Part shown: one piece after another, positions 1 through 13,092 of the stretch
Numbering within the stretch: position 1 is the first letter of the stretch
Layout: the number at the start of each line of letters is the position of its first letter
NCBI GenBank assembly: GCA_977862235.1
Contig: OZ374558.1
Coordinates: 310,001-374,000, forward strand
Source: Dudresnaya verticillata
Taxonomy: Eukaryota
Reading direction: 5' to 3'
Length of the DNA: 64,000 nt
Notes under the pieces: generated by a model
Told to the model about the DNA's origin: nothing
Database searches by the model: none
The model's input: the letters and a program-made list of their open reading frames with translations, nothing else
Program-made: the position numbers and the translations under genes

Positions 1-116
1 GCCCGGAACGTCCACCGTGCTCACCCCGAACTGAAATTTAGACAGCTTAAGATTGGTTACCGCCTTTTTCATCCAGAGTAATGCCAGGGAGAGTTGGTCG
101 ATATGTTCCAGCTCGC

Positions 117-797
117 TGTGGTGAAGTAGCCTACGCGGAGTCTCGACGACGGGCGAGCCGGCGCACAACCGTCGGGAATGTGCGCCTTGGCGAGCTCGCG
201 GCAAAACCCAATGCGGGGTTGAGTGGAACAGTAACACTGTACACCTTTCTGGAGCCTGCAACACTCACCAATCGGAGCCAAGTAGCTGATTTAATCTTAA
301 TTAGGCAACTGTAATGATTTTGTACAGCTTCTAGTGTAATGCCGACCAATGAGAATGCCGAGCATGTCCTCAACGGTGACCGGGACCAGTAGGGCCGGAC
401 CCACCTGCTGGACCAGACGCATCCGGGCCTAGGCAACATGGACCGGGCCGAAGGGCATATCTGACACTATTTTAATGTGTAGCAACCGCGGACACTAAAG
501 TAAACAGGCAAACAACACTGGTAAAAGTTCTTTACCTTAAGCTTTACCCTAGTACCCCTTAACGGTTTCCCTGCTCCAGCCCCGTGCACGGATTCCTCTC
601 ACCTCCGTCTTGGTGTAGCTGTCCTGGTACTGTACCACCCCCTGTTTTCGCCTTCTTCTACTCCTTACAGATGTTTCCGTTCGCGATGCTCCCTTCGGTC
701 TACGAACTAAGCTCTACTACACAGGCTTGGTCACATCACTCCTTCTTGGGATTGCCTGATCAGCTCTCCTTACAGGTGTGCCTTTCACTACACCGCA
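117..797. mobile_element. Old solo LTR (family C), inverted homologue of 39659-41114
   Basis: TGTGGTGAAG start at 117. The reverse complement aligns to 39659-39934 plus 40715-41114. Flanks CTCGC/CTCTT are only a partial TSD match. Confidence 0.7.
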
Positions 798-1099
798 CTC
801 TTCCTTGGTTCCCACTGTCCCATCATCCATGAACGCCCACACACGAATCGCCCATTGAAGTCTCAAGAACAAGATGCGCTATCCGTTGAATACTACCGCA
901 CGATTCTTCATCCCCAGCGGAAGAAGGAGGTACTAGAACATGTAATACAGTGAATGGCTTACAGAAGCGGGCACTCTACATGCGTGTATGCACCGAAATA
1001 GCATTACCTATAGGTCGCCAGCAGGGGGAAACGGACAGCCTACGAATGGTCCGAGTGGTACCCTGCAGGGCAGTAGCTTAGTATCTATATATCTATTTT

Positions 1100-3552
1100 A
1101 GAAATTTTAGCTTAGGATCGGGGCGTGTATGTAGCCCAGTATGAGTGGTTCTACCTGACCCTCGGAATGCCATGTAAGGGTATCTCCCGGAGTGGTCACT
1201 GGACAGTAAAGGTAAGCACCTCCCAGCCCCAACTACTTCTACAAGCCATCGGCACCGCCGCACACCCGTACCCATGCCCGGTTAACCGCCCGCCCAGTGA
1301 ACTACCTTCAATGTCGTGCTTCCATTTAGGTTCCAAACCTCCGTCCACCCTCTGGGTTCCTCCCGCTCTAGCACCGCTACCAGACACCCGCTCTGTGGCT
1401 ATCTCATTGAGTGTACTCCTTGAGTACACAAGAGACCCAAAGGTACTTCCTTACAGAACAAGCCAGCTACAGTCCTAATAGCCGTAAGATGCCGAGACTC
1501 CTCGACCATTTCGACCTGGAAATAACCATCCTTCACGTCGAGGGTGGAAAAACGTTCCGTGATAGCTAGCCGTATGTCTACTTAAAGCCCTCCATTGGGT
1601 AATAGTATGCAACGGTCTGGGTATTCAACGACCTAAAGTCGTAGCTCACACGTAGCGAGCCTTTGTCTTTACGAAGACGTTTTTTGCGGCCTAAGGAGAG
1701 TAACTATTCCCCAGAACTACATTACGGACCAGCTTTTTCTTCATCTTCTTCTATGCTTCCTCCTCTGTATGCGAGCGTCTTCGGATCGACGCGACAATGT
1801 GTTTCGCCCCTGGCGCCAGCTTCATGGTGTGCTCCTGTCCATGAATACGTCCCGCTCCCTTGAAGAGCTCTCTATTCTCCCACACCACCGTCCGCAGTCG
1901 TTCCTCCATTTCTCGGTCAGCATGAAACCGGACAGATTCATCTCGCGAATGGCTTCGTCAACATCGGCATCCGCGACAGTGAGCCGCACGTCATCTACCG
2001 GCCGGCTCTCCCTCTTCCCCAGCTTGCCGTTAAAGGTGTGCTTGCCAACCCGAAATGAGGCCCGAGCCGACCCAAAATCAATCTGGAAGCGATCGCGCCG
2101 TGAATTGTCGTCCAGTCAGAATTCCACTCTTCATCAGCTTCATATCCCTGCTAGAGTAATTCTTATACACTCTTTCCCAGATCTGAAAGGTGAAAGCCGC
2201 CTTCCCCTCAGTCTCAATCGGGTTACCTTCCATGTCCCCAGCACCATCACAGCCCGACTCGATCAAGCCTCCAAGCTCTAGAAACATTTCCTCATCTACC
2301 CATACAGAGAATGTCCCACTGTCTAATGCTGCGGGCTACGTCCGACTCCCAGCCGCCAAGATGACGGTAAGCTCCTGATCCTCTTCGCTGGTGCACTCTA
2401 CGCAGGACTCTTCAAAGTCGCTCAAGCTATCATGGACTTCGCACAGTTTTTCGTCACTCGAAAGGCCAGGCGATTGTGTTGCATTTTCCTCACGTTCTGG
2501 GAGAACCTTCCCGTGGATCACCAGCCAGTTTTTCCGCGGGGAATTGCCCCCCGCTCCTCGTTTCCCGCATCCCTCTTGTCATCCTTTTTGTTGTCTTGCT
2601 TGCTAGTCTCCTCGTACTCGAGTTTGCATTTGCCTTCGCAGATGTTCGTATCTGAAGTGATATCGCCGTGGTTTCCACAGGCATAGCACTTCCTATTCTT
2701 CTTAGAACCATCTTCAGTGGGTTGCTGGATCCGCCCATTCGCCTTTGCGTCATCTGCATTGGAATGACGATCTGAGTCGACCACGCTTACAGACGCTCCG
2801 GGATGTCGTTATTAGCTTGAAGCAGCGAAGATGTCCACCACAGCAGAAACCAAGACGTCGAAGGGACTCCGGATACCATATGCAATCGCCTGCAGGCGAG
2901 GTAGAAGGCCTCTGATGAACTTCGCCCGGACCAGCTCTTCATCTCACCCAAGTCCAACACCAGCCGCGGCCGATTTCTCTGAAAACTCTTGAAACGTTTC
3001 CTTTTCTCTGACCAGCTCATGTTATGGAATGAAGAAATTTTCGACCGTTGCTGAATACTGTTGTACAGCTTTCTCTCAGACTTCTTTCAAAGTTCCGGAA
3101 GACTTTCCATAGCACTCTCGCGAATGACATCCTTGGCTACCTTTAGCTGCGCCGCTCGCAAAGCTAGAGGCAGAATCTCACCTTCCATCTTATCCGGCTG
3201 ATTTAAAGTACGATGTAACAGGAAGAAGTCATTCTTGGCGGCAGGAAAAATGTGGACACCCTTCTTCGCGACCTTGTTCATCGACATGAATTTCTGCCAG
3301 ATCTTTATTTCCTCTGTTTGGCTGTACCCATCTGCCCTATCGCCCTTGTGCTTAGACGTGAAATCTCCCGTCATCAACTGACCTGAGTTGTTCTACACCT
3401 GCTGAAGATTCTGGCGTAACTTCATGGGCGATTCCGAATGGAATGTTCTCCTTCTCTATCTTGACCAGCATACGCAAATGCCTGGCCACGCCTTTGGCTG
3501 ATGCATCCACCTGAGCTTCTAGGGCCAGGATGCGGTCGACCTGCGATGTCAT
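1100..3552 (-). pseudogene. Decayed Ty3/Gypsy gag-protease-RT remnant
   Basis: Zn-knuckle remnant RKCYACGNHG (~2660-2695). RT motifs DFRSLN and FSTLDVKDGYFQVEM..ESRHLTAIRT (~1475-1640). Many stops and frameshifts. Ends approximate. Confidence 0.75.
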
Positions 3553-4172
3553 TACTGTAACGACCTCACTTCATGGCTACTTTTCTGGTCGCTCAGATTC
3601 TTTCGAATCGAACCCCTTGCCCAGCATAGGACAAGACTTGACACTCAGTATGGGGCTAGAGGACCACTCAGTTCCTCTCCTCCGCCGCAATTGAGAGCGA
3701 CACAATAGTTCAACCTAATTTTTTGGATCCTCTCAGAACACTCAGTTCCGCTCCCCGAGACTCTTCCTGTTCTCCAGTCTAAGTTTACCTGTTACTGTTC
3801 GTTCGCACATTACTCTAGATGAAATACCCTTTGCTGAACGAAACGAAACTGCTGCTGGCCCCCGCCGTACCGCGTGCTTTGCGCGAAGCGAAACGCCGAA
3901 GCGAAATTACCTCAATCAAATCGTAACATTTCCATTTCTAGTTCCTTCGTCGTCTTTTGGAAACGAAATCTACTTGTTTACGTATATACGTGATTTTCCA
4001 GAAACTGGTACACTTTACTTGAGATCTCTTATCAACACAACTGCTAGTCTTGCAAAAATGTTCTGTTGTTGAATATTTGTTTCAAGCGAAAGTGTATGAT
4101 GTATATAAGAGCAGCGTCTATAGCATACTTTTCATCTCTGAACACCACTTTCGAAAAGCAGAGGTGCCCGTA

Positions 4173-4427
4173 TATGTTGATATCGGTTTCTTTCATGTGA
4201 ATCTTGTACCCTCTTTTTTACTTCGTGTTCTATATCCGAATATTTTTGTATATTAGTATACTAATGAAACTCCAAATTGCTTTGCGTATTCCGATATCTC
4301 TCTCGAGACCTACTTATTCCTTCGTGTCGTCTCCATTCGCTCTCTTTGCGCAGAGACTGTACTTGAGAATTTGCAATACCTCCGAAATAGACCACCAATC
4401 TTCCTTGCTCTCTTCCCTTCCAACATT
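4173..4427. repeat. Diverged direct repeat, copy 1 (copy 2 at 7224-7466); post-integrase 3' region of a Gypsy family
   Basis: Co-linear blocks tatgttgata..ttctttcatgtga.tcttgta.cctctttttacttc ... tacttgagaa ... tacctccgaaat ... ttgctctcttccct are present in both copies. Confidence 0.75.
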
Positions 4428-4445
4428 CGACCTTACTGACAGAAC

Positions 4446-5340
4446 TCACGCTTTCATATCTTCAAGTGTATCCCATTCGGAAATTATCAATTCATGAAGA
4501 TCTTGTTCAGGTATCCATTCTTCTTTTTGACTCCACATACCCTTCACCTTTGGAACTTCAGTTCCTCCTACGTCGTTTCCCCCGCTTATATTATGCATAG
4601 TTCTTCTTGTATCCATAAATATTACATCTTGCGGATACTGTGTTTCTTGAAAATATGCATCAGTATACCCTAATAGATTCACTCGGACTGTTTCCACTTC
4701 AGACCTTACAACGTAAGAAACCTTAGATAGGCATCCCTCAATTTGATACAGTCTCACCATGGGTAATAAGCTTTCTACCGTTTCCATCTTATGTCGAGGG
4801 CTGTTTACCATTAATCTGTCTCCAACCTCGCATCTAACCTCTTCCACCAGCTTGTTGTATTGTTGCGCATCTTTCATGCGTTCGTGAACCATATTCGTGA
4901 GCAACTGCTGATGTAGTGTCTTTAAGATTTTTGTCATCACCTCATATGACTTAGGTTTTCCATCCATTGCCATTCGTCTCCCTAACATAGCATCAAAACC
5001 GAATGGCTCCGCACTAAATACTGTTTTGTAAGGAGTTATTCCTGTTGCGGAATTACCTGTAGAATTATGCAGAAAAAACGCCATCGAAAGGTGGTTTCTC
5101 CAGTCATGCTCATCAGGTGCCACAAATGCCCTTATGTCTTTCAGAAGAGTTATATTAAATAGTTCCATGAACCCATCGGCCTGAGGATGATAGGGACTTG
5201 AAAATGTTTTCCTGACGCCAATGTTCCGGCATAGACTATTCGGAAGTTCTCGTACAGATGCCTTCCCACGGTCACTAACAACTTCTCTGGAGGCCCAAAC
5301 CGAAGTATGCACTCCGGAATAATTTTGGACATGTTTCATT
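4446..5340 (-). pseudogene. Decayed Ty3/Gypsy integrase C-terminus with chromodomain-like tail
   Basis: FGPPEKLL / SDRG, SSPYHPQADG..E.FN.TL, SATGITPY, and KVKG..SQKEEWIPEQDL in ORFs 4446..5420 and 5150..5332. Confidence 0.8.
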
Positions 5341-6323
5341 GCAGGAGGGAAATTGAAAGGTGAGGGCCCCGCCGCTGAACAGGAGGGGTTAACTCCCATC
5401 TTGATGAAAGACCGGGACAAAGGAGATTGTGAGGCGGGTTTTCAGTGAAATGAGGGTCAAGAAAAGGAAAACGAGGATACACACCCCACATGAAAGAAAC
5501 CGGTATCCACGTAAAGTTTAAACTTTTGTGCTTGCGGGTTGTCAATGAACTGTCTCAGATCATAGATTTGGAAGCATTAATTGACTCAATCAAGAACGGA
5601 GACGTGGGTAAACCCCATTGGGAAAGAATAAATCTAGGGTAAATGATGGCCTTAGTAGTATTAATTTTCGTGCTGTTCAATAAATCTTAGATAAACACTT
5701 CTGATTTGCGCACAGAGCGAGCAGAATGGTCATTGCAGTCGAGAAAGGAAGGTGAATTGTCTTTGTGAGGGCGAGTTGGAATGGCCAGTATTACAATAAT
5801 ACGGAAACATGGCAGGAAGAAATGTTGTCGGGCTAAACCTCTTGAGAGACCAAACCAGACGCTCCGTGCAAATAATGGACCGCTGGTTGAGGAGTTGGAA
5901 CGTTAAAAAGATAACGCATAGCACGAATAGAATAGTTTACTTGCCGCGATGTTTCCTCTCCCACATCGTACTCCGCAGACGCCTTTTGCGCACCAGTGGA
6001 AAACTTTAGAGGAGAATAACATCGTACCCACAAACACGCAGAACTGCGAGCGCCTACTTAATGGTAAGCCACGTTTCGAGTCTCCGCCCCACCCGAGGAT
6101 GGCAGCGCCGCTGTAATCATGATTCAATTCGTCCCCTTTGGTCTCGTGCAATTACTCGCGCGAAAATGCTCGCGCATCCTGCTACAAACGTCGACTGAAT
6201 GCCGTATTCGTCTTCTTGACCTTCCTTGCAGGCGTGTAGATATCACCGCACGCCGTCTGTGCCCTTTGCAGTAGTTTTCCATCGCCTCATGCTACAGTAC
6301 TGTATTCAAGCAATCTATCCAGC

Positions 6324-7040
6324 AATGTTTCCTCCTGTTGCCACCAGTCCGGGCGTACTGTTCTCCCTACCCCATCTCGGCATCTCGCTGGCCCGCCTTA
6401 CGGAGCTGCGTCTAATAGCCAGAAACCTGACCAGGACAGAAAGGATCTTATCACTGGAGGGGCGTGTTGAAGATCTTATTTAGTCGTTAAAGTTAACATG
6501 TGAGTCCGTTCGGGGCTTAGTTGAGACAGTGGATAATCTAAATGGTGCAGTCGAAAAGGTTACAAGCGAACTCTTGAAGAGACACGGCGAGATTTTGGAA
6601 ACAATCAAAGCTGCAACACAGAGAGACAAGGAGACAGATGCAATACAGCACAACGTCTACTAATGACCAGCGATGCCAATCTGAGGCAATAAAACAACGG
6701 AGCCAGTAGAGGAACTTACAAAGAAGTTAGACTGCCTTAAGTGAATTGACACAGTACCACCCACGAACTTCAACCACGGCCAAGATAGTAACAAAATCAG
6801 TACCATTACGGAACCTACTGAAACTTCCACTGAGTTTACTGGAGGGGCATGAAGAAAGGGTTTTACAGGTACTTTCAACTTCGGACAAGCAAAACGTTTG
6901 ACAACCGAAGATAATGGCACACACATTGTCGCAAGCGGGGAGACCATAGTTTTCCGGGGGAAAAACAGGACTTTCTCAGTCTCCATGCCAAGTTTTGTCT
7001 TCCTGGTGGCATTGAGAAAGAGATGTTTATGTTGGTGTTT
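6324..7040 (+). pseudogene. Decayed ORF with coiled-coil-like segment, possibly TE accessory
   Basis: One frame reads ..RILSLEGRVEDLI*SLKLTCESVRGLVETVDNLNGAVEKVTSELLKRHGEILETIK.. through several in-frame TAG/TAA/TGA stops without an obvious frameshift. Confidence 0.4.
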
Positions 7041-7223
7041 GACAATTCTGCACTGAAGTTGGCAAATACTGTATACAGGAAACGTCCAGAGGTATCGTCG
7101 GTTGCTTCATAGACTTTATTGTAGTGCAGTAGTATTAATGAAACGCAGCCTAGCGCCCAGAATGAGATGTTTTTGGAAATGAGATGGCATGAGAGGATCG
7201 AATCAGTTAGAAAGGATAACCTT

Positions 7224-7466
7224 TATGTTGATACCATCTTCTTTCATGTGAGTCTTGTATCCTCTTTTTACTTCATGTTATACCTCCCACTCTTTTCATA
7301 CTTATGACTCCAAGTTACTTGGCGAATTTCAGTCTCTCTCTCTCGGGACCTATTGAATTCCTTCGTTTCGCTTCTCTCCGCTCTCTCTGTCCAGACACTA
7401 TACTTGAGAAATTGCCTTACCTCCGAAATTCGTAACCAAGCTGTTTGCTCTCTTCCCTCCCGACAT
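7224..7466. repeat. Diverged direct repeat, copy 2 (copy 1 at 4173-4427)
   Basis: Same co-linear blocks as 4173-4427. Confidence 0.75.
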
Positions 7467-8007
7467 ATAAAACATGCCTTTTCTGTGATGATAATGGACG
7501 TAAAGGTTCAAAGCCCTTTAAAACACATTTAGTTAGCTCGCCACTGGAAATAACGAGCCGTCCGTCAATTTTATACCTTTCACAACCCCTGCGGCAGCTC
7601 CATTGCCAACCATGGTGGGAGCAATTGCAGAGGACTTCTCAGAATCAGTTAGAGTTTGACTTTCAGGTTCCGATTGTTCTTCGTCTAGCGATTTAATGTG
7701 CAATACGTTTTGGGGCTGTTTATGGGATGGTATCCTGGTTCGTGCCCATTACTGAATTTAAGAAAGGAGCCTACCTTTTGCTGCCCCTGGCACCCCGACA
7801 ATTTTTAAAAGACGGGTTCTTGACGGATCTAGCAAGAGGGTCAGCCATCTCACAAAATCCGAAGTAGTATTGTTCTACATAGTTAGCAATGCGTCTAGAA
7901 CCATTTTTCGGAACATGTATTTGACACTGTTCCAGAGCTCCATTTTTGAATATTTACGCATCTGCTGCCCGTGAGATAGTTTCCTTCACAATATCGGAGC
8001 TGCATGG

Positions 8008-8348
8008 TGTGAACCTGTAACGAAAGATAGTAGTCTTTTACGACGGCTGATAACTTGTACCTCCTCCACAGTGTGTGCCGAGACCTGCCCTACTTATGTG
8101 GCACTACTGGTCTCAGCTCTAACCGGTGGATCACTACCAAAAGGCTCTACTACAGACTCTGTCCGATACTACTATTTGACTAGGGCAGAACGAAAAGGTA
8201 ACTACTCGTGTTTGTCCCTATTCACGTCCGATCTTACTCATCTTAATCCGCCCCCGGTTTCATTGTAGTTCCCTTATGAGGTAATCCGAGATTAGCTGGG
8301 CCTTGGGCCAAGCACATTCCTGGTTTGCACGTGGCAACATTCTCTACA
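8008..8348 (-). repeat. 3' LTR of element 1
   Basis: Direct repeat of 13093-13433 (offset 5085), TGTGAACC...CTCTACA. Confidence 0.97.
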
Positions 8349-8384
8349 GGGCCCCATGCTTGTGTGACGTGCTTACACCAAGCA

Positions 8385-10950
8385 TCACTCGAGGTGAATG
8401 TTGAGTTCCTTTCGAGCCTTGGCGGCAAGCTTCTTACGAGACTTCTTCAGAAAAGCCGTGACCTTTTCCGGTACATCCTCGTGTAGTTCGGAAATGGGCT
8501 GCCAAGTCCAGTCGGTTTTGTCTGGCTGTCCTAGCCACTGAACCTGAATAAAAATGCCTTCCTTAGTCTCCCCAATGTCCAGAAAATTTTCGACCAGTTC
8601 AAACTTAGCTTCAATATGCGTCGTCTGCTTCAATAATTTATCTGACACTTTAGTACCGTCCAGATCGGCTCTGTAGGGAAGCATCCTTGCGGCGTGGACA
8701 ACTTCCGGAGTCCCATCGAGAATACCAGTTATCTCATACACTGTATCGCCGAGGACTTGTGTGATTCTACGCGGACCCAACCAACGAAAGCTTTGCTTAT
8801 GGCGTTTGTCTTGCGATCTTCGGACCAGAACGAAATCACCTACTGTAAAAAGCGGTGCGACAATATTTGTCCTCTTGTTGTGCTGCTCAATTTGCTTCTC
8901 CCTGTTAGTTGTAACTCTGTTTGCTACGTCTTTGTGCATATTATCAATATGCTTCTTTAGGCTGTCGATCTCCATAACCTGGTTAGCGCGTAGCACCTTG
9001 ATGGTTTTAGGTTCCCCAGTCTTATCCCACGGTCTAATCCTGAACTGAGTCCTGTTCGGTCTTATTCCTGTCATCACTTCCAAGGGCGTCCTGAATGTCC
9101 CATCTCCATGACTCCCTAATCTTTTAAGTGGGGCTTCATTAAGTGCTTGCATTACGGTTTCAATCACCATTGGCCAGTCTTGAGGCCCCAGACGTAGTTC
9201 CGAATGTAGCGCAGTGCATGCGGAGCGAATATGCCTCATGCAGTTCTTAATGGTCCCATTGACCCAGGGAGAGTAGGCGACTGTCAATACATGCTCAATG
9301 TTATAGTCTGTCGCTAACGCTTTCATTACCTCATTCTTGAGGTGAGACCCCTGATCAGAGACCCAAAATCCCATAACAGTAAAAACGCGAATCCACCTCG
9401 ATATTTCCAACACGACAACTTCTGCAGTTGCCGCTTCGGAAGGGCATAACCACAAATACGACGACAGATCGTCTCGAATTACTAAGACATATTTAAGCCC
9501 ATCAGTTCCTATCCCCATGAATAAAAAATCGAAGTGTACGACTTCATTGGGCTTAGTGCCATGCAAAGTCATGGACAGCGGCCTTGGGATCTTCTTTCCC
9601 CCTTTGGCTATGATACAGTGGATGCAATTTGTTACAAATTCTTTGCAATCGTCTGCCATATCCTTCCACTTAAACTTCTCCATCAGGATACTCAGTGTTG
9701 TTTTGGCACCTCTATGTCCCGCCTTTGAACAGTGGGCAATTACTAGTAGCTTGATTTGCAATTCCAAACAATTGTCTGGCACCCATATCTTCCCTTTGCA
9801 TTTATAAACCCCGTCTTCGTCTGGCTCATACCCCTTTGGCATAGTCTGAATATTTTTCTTCTGCGACTTGGCGATGTCCTTCATGGATGGCCAAACAAAA
9901 TCCTCGTCCCCAGGAGAGTCAATAATATCCCGTTCCAGAAGAAGGCCTGAAATTCGACGGCAGACATCCCGTTTCCCTCGATAACCGGCGTACCATCTAG
10001 TCAGCATATCTGCTGCCACATTCCTACATCCTTCGACGTGTTCAATGGTATACATAAATCTAGATAAATATAATGCCCAACGCTGTACCTTATTCACCAC
10101 GTGCCGTCCCAATGTTGGTTTGACGGTAAGTGGGTTATACACAAAGAGAAGGTTACGGTGGTCCGTAAATAAATGAATATCACTCTCGCACATTAGCATG
10201 TAGTCCATTTTCTCACATGCTTGAAAAACTGCGTATCCCTCGTTCTCGAATGTACTCCAATGTCTCTGAGTCTCGTTGAACGCGGAACCAAAAAAAGCCA
10301 GCGGTTGGTGTTGCTGTTCCTCCATTGGCCGCTTAAGATGTTCCGGTTCGCATTGCGTTACAACGGCCGCCCAGTGTTCGTCAGATGCGTCTGTATAAAT
10401 GCAGATAGCTTTGGCGCTATCCCGATTAGCAAGCTTGACTGCGTTACGTAGTTGGTACTGTAGTTCGTTAAATGTCTCAGTATGTTTAGGGCCCCATTCT
10501 AACTCCTTTAGAGTGATCTTTTGCACGGACCTTGAGGTTCGCTTTCCAGATTTGTTATAGGCCCTCTCTAATAATTCGCGTAATGGAGCGATTCTGCTCG
10601 CAAAGTCCGGGATATACGTACTCATCCACTGAAGACAATTGATATACTGGGACAATTCGGCCGCATTAATTGGTGCGTGTCCATCCTTCAGTCCGCTTAG
10701 TCGGCGCGGGTCACATTCGACCCCGTTCTTGTCCACAACGTATCCACACCAGCGCAGAGTCCTAGAGAACAATACAGTCTTTTTTGCCGAGATCTTTAAG
10801 TTCCTCTTCCTGCATATTTCGAAGAACGTCCTTAGATTTTCGACCAGTCCTGCCTCTGACTTACTATGTACTGCAAAATCATCGAGCCACGCTTTTAGAG
10901 CTTCTTTCAACTCCGTGAAGCATGGTTCAACCCTGGATTGGAAATCTGAG
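8385..10950 (-). CDS. pol: RT C-terminus, RNase H, integrase and chromodomain of element 1
   Basis: WLDD (RT), YTDASD...TDHRNL (RNase H), H..GH...CIHC Zn finger, HFDF/SDQG/YSPWVNG (integrase), IQVQWLG..DWTWQPISEL (chromodomain). Confidence 0.95.
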
Positions 10951-13015
10951 CCGAGTTCTGCCCACCCTGTAGAGTCCTTGTCGGTTGACAAACTCCATTT
11001 GGAGTGAGGAAGCTGTGGTAGGCCTGGCTGTCCTCATGCAGCGGCATTTGCCAATAGCCGTTGCAAAAGTCAATACTCGCGAAGCATGCACTTCCGGCGA
11101 AATCCATGAGTTCCGACTGTATGTGTGGCATGGGCCACGTCGTTGGTTTGGTACACTGGTTAACGCGTCTCAAGTCGAATGTGAGTCTGTATTTAGCCGG
11201 TGGGTTCTTTGGGACCAATAATGCTGGTGCAGCCCATTGCGCATTCGGGTTTGGCGCCGCCATTCCGTATTCGATCAATCTGTTCATAAACTTGGACATG
11301 AACTGGCGCTGGTCACTTGGGTAGCGTCGCGCCTTTGCAATATAGGGTACGGACCCTGGTTTGATGTGCACCTGCATTGGCTCTACGTCCGCCGGAGGCC
11401 CTGGTCCTAGTCTCACACAAAAAACATCTGCGTATTCTCCCAATAGAGTTCTCATAGAGTCCAATCCCTGTTTGCTAATCCCATTGACTTTTGCTTGTCT
11501 GAGCATATTCCCGAATGCCCCATCCAGTTCTTGCGGAGTATCAATTCCGAGATCAACTTCGTGCCCTTCCACCGCAGCGGAATCGTCCTCCATTGCGGCT
11601 CTATCTGAATGAAAGAGTCCCGACGATAAAATCCTAGCAATTGTGCCTTCCTTGTACGCTTCAGTTTCTACTAAATCATTTGCATCCACAGTTCCGCGGT
11701 ATCTGTCACATGCTGCCTCCAGCATTTTCTTAGTATCCAACCCCAACGCTTCCTGAATAGGGCGCCCTAAAAGGGGCTCGTTCATCTTCTGTACTGAAAC
11801 GTACCACTTAAGGTTTCGAATCATTAATGATTTTCCATGTCGTATATGTAGCTCAGTATCCAGTGACACCTCCTTGCTGCACTCCACGTGGCACTCCGAT
11901 GCTGCGAGGCCGAACTTCTTCGCCTTCTCAAAGGTCTTCACAGACATGTCGGCTCGTTGCTCCAGCAATGCCATGAACAATCCTGGTGGCATCAGGTTGA
12001 TGTCCGAGCCGCCATCAGCGCAAGTAGTGCGATCCACTAAACCAGCAAAAGTAGCTCCCATAAGGGTAGTGTTTGCATCAATACTGGCTGTCTCATACCG
12101 AACTTGCTTGGACTTCTTAGCCTTCTCACGCTTATCGGCAATATGCTTTCTAATCAGAGCCTCGGCTTTCTCAGGAGACGTGAAAGGGCATTTACGTACG
12201 CCTCCCTTATGGCGTGTACCCTTCTTGGTGCAAGCCTCATTTAGACAAATGGGTACAGGACGATCCTTGTCCTTTGTAATGGTACTCCCTGAGCCACCCT
12301 GTCCGCTTGAGCCTCCTTTCTTCGTGTCCACGGCAGACTTGGTTTCCTTCTCTGGTTTGACCTTCCTCGGCCTCAGCTTTTCTTGAATTACTGCTTCCTT
12401 ACATAGAGTAGCCACGTACTCCTGTACGCTCTTCTTAAGGTCCTCCTGATACTCTAGGAGCTCAGCCATAGACGCTTTCAAATTTGGATGGTAAAGATAC
12501 TCCTGTAGAATCTTGATTGTCTTCTTCGGGTTCACTGTTGGAAACGCAGCGTAGCCAACACCCTCCAAGCGTTCAAAAACATCGTAAACATATTCCAGGA
12601 CCCTTGCCTCGGGATCTACCACGGACATTGGTATTTTAAGCCCCTTGAGAGCCTCATTCACCATAGCAGGGTTGAATGCATTGCTCTCTGGACGTTTAAC
12701 AAGACTCTTGACGTAGGCTTCAATATGATCCGACGTTAATTCGTCGAACGATACTTGGGGAGCAACAGTTTCCATTCTTCCCAGTGTAAGCATGGCTTTT
12801 AGTAGACCTCTATCCACTGAAACCTTGTAGGATGCTACGGAGAGTGAAGGTACCTCCTTCTTTTTCTCATCAATTTCATCGATATACCGCTCTCGTTCTC
12901 TCAGAAACCGAGCAACTTTGTGCGGATCCACGCTTCGAAGCACTGGATGTTCTATCGGTGTGAACATTGTAGCGTTCGGCCCATGCTCTCCTCCATTTCT
13001 TGTGACGGGCGGCAT
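10907..13015 (-). CDS. gag-pol: Gag-protease-RT N-terminal part of element 1 polyprotein
   Basis: ATG at 13015 (MPPVTR, conserved in element 2 at 17249). Protease ADGGSD. RT WAAPALLVPK..YRLTFDLRRVN..FASIDFCNGYWQ. The frame is broken near 10945. Confidence 0.93.
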   Translation of the reverse strand: MPPVTRNGGEHGPNATMFTPIEHPVLRSVDPHKVARFLRERERYIDEIDEKKKEVPSLSVASYKVSVDRGLLKAMLTLGRMETVAPQVSFDELTSDHIEAYVKSLVKRPESNAFNPAMVNEALKGLKIPMSVVDPEARVLEYVYDVFERLEGVGYAAFPTVNPKKTIKILQEYLYHPNLKASMAELLEYQEDLKKSVQEYVATLCKEAVIQEKLRPRKVKPEKETKSAVDTKKGGSSGQGGSGSTITKDKDRPVPICLNEACTKKGTRHKGGVRKCPFTSPEKAEALIRKHIADKREKAKKSKQVRYETASIDANTTLMGATFAGLVDRTTCADGGSDINLMPPGLFMALLEQRADMSVKTFEKAKKFGLAASECHVECSKEVSLDTELHIRHGKSLMIRNLKWYVSVQKMNEPLLGRPIQEALGLDTKKMLEAACDRYRGTVDANDLVETEAYKEGTIARILSSGLFHSDRAAMEDDSAAVEGHEVDLGIDTPQELDGAFGNMLRQAKVNGISKQGLDSMRTLLGEYADVFCVRLGPGPPADVEPMQVHIKPGSVPYIAKARRYPSDQRQFMSKFMNRLIEYGMAAPNPNAQWAAPALLVPKNPPAKYRLTFDLRRVNQCTKPTTWPMPHIQSELMDFAGSACFASIDFCNGYWQMPLHEDSQAYHSFLTPNGVCQPTRTLQGGQNSAQISNPGLNHASRS

Positions 13016-13092
13016 GGCGATGGACCCCGACAAAAACCGACCTCGTATACTTCCTTCGCAACAAACGTCCCCTGCAGGCGGACAGAAATTTC

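Noticed and set aside
7770..7810. Walker A-like IVGVPGAAKG on the minus strand
   Set aside because: Lacks GK[ST] and lies in a stop-rich frame with no supporting motifs.
10907..10991. Programmed frameshift between the two element 1 ORFs
   Set aside because: The break is inside the RT core and element 2 reads through the same spot in one frame, so a 1-nt deletion or sequencing error fits better.
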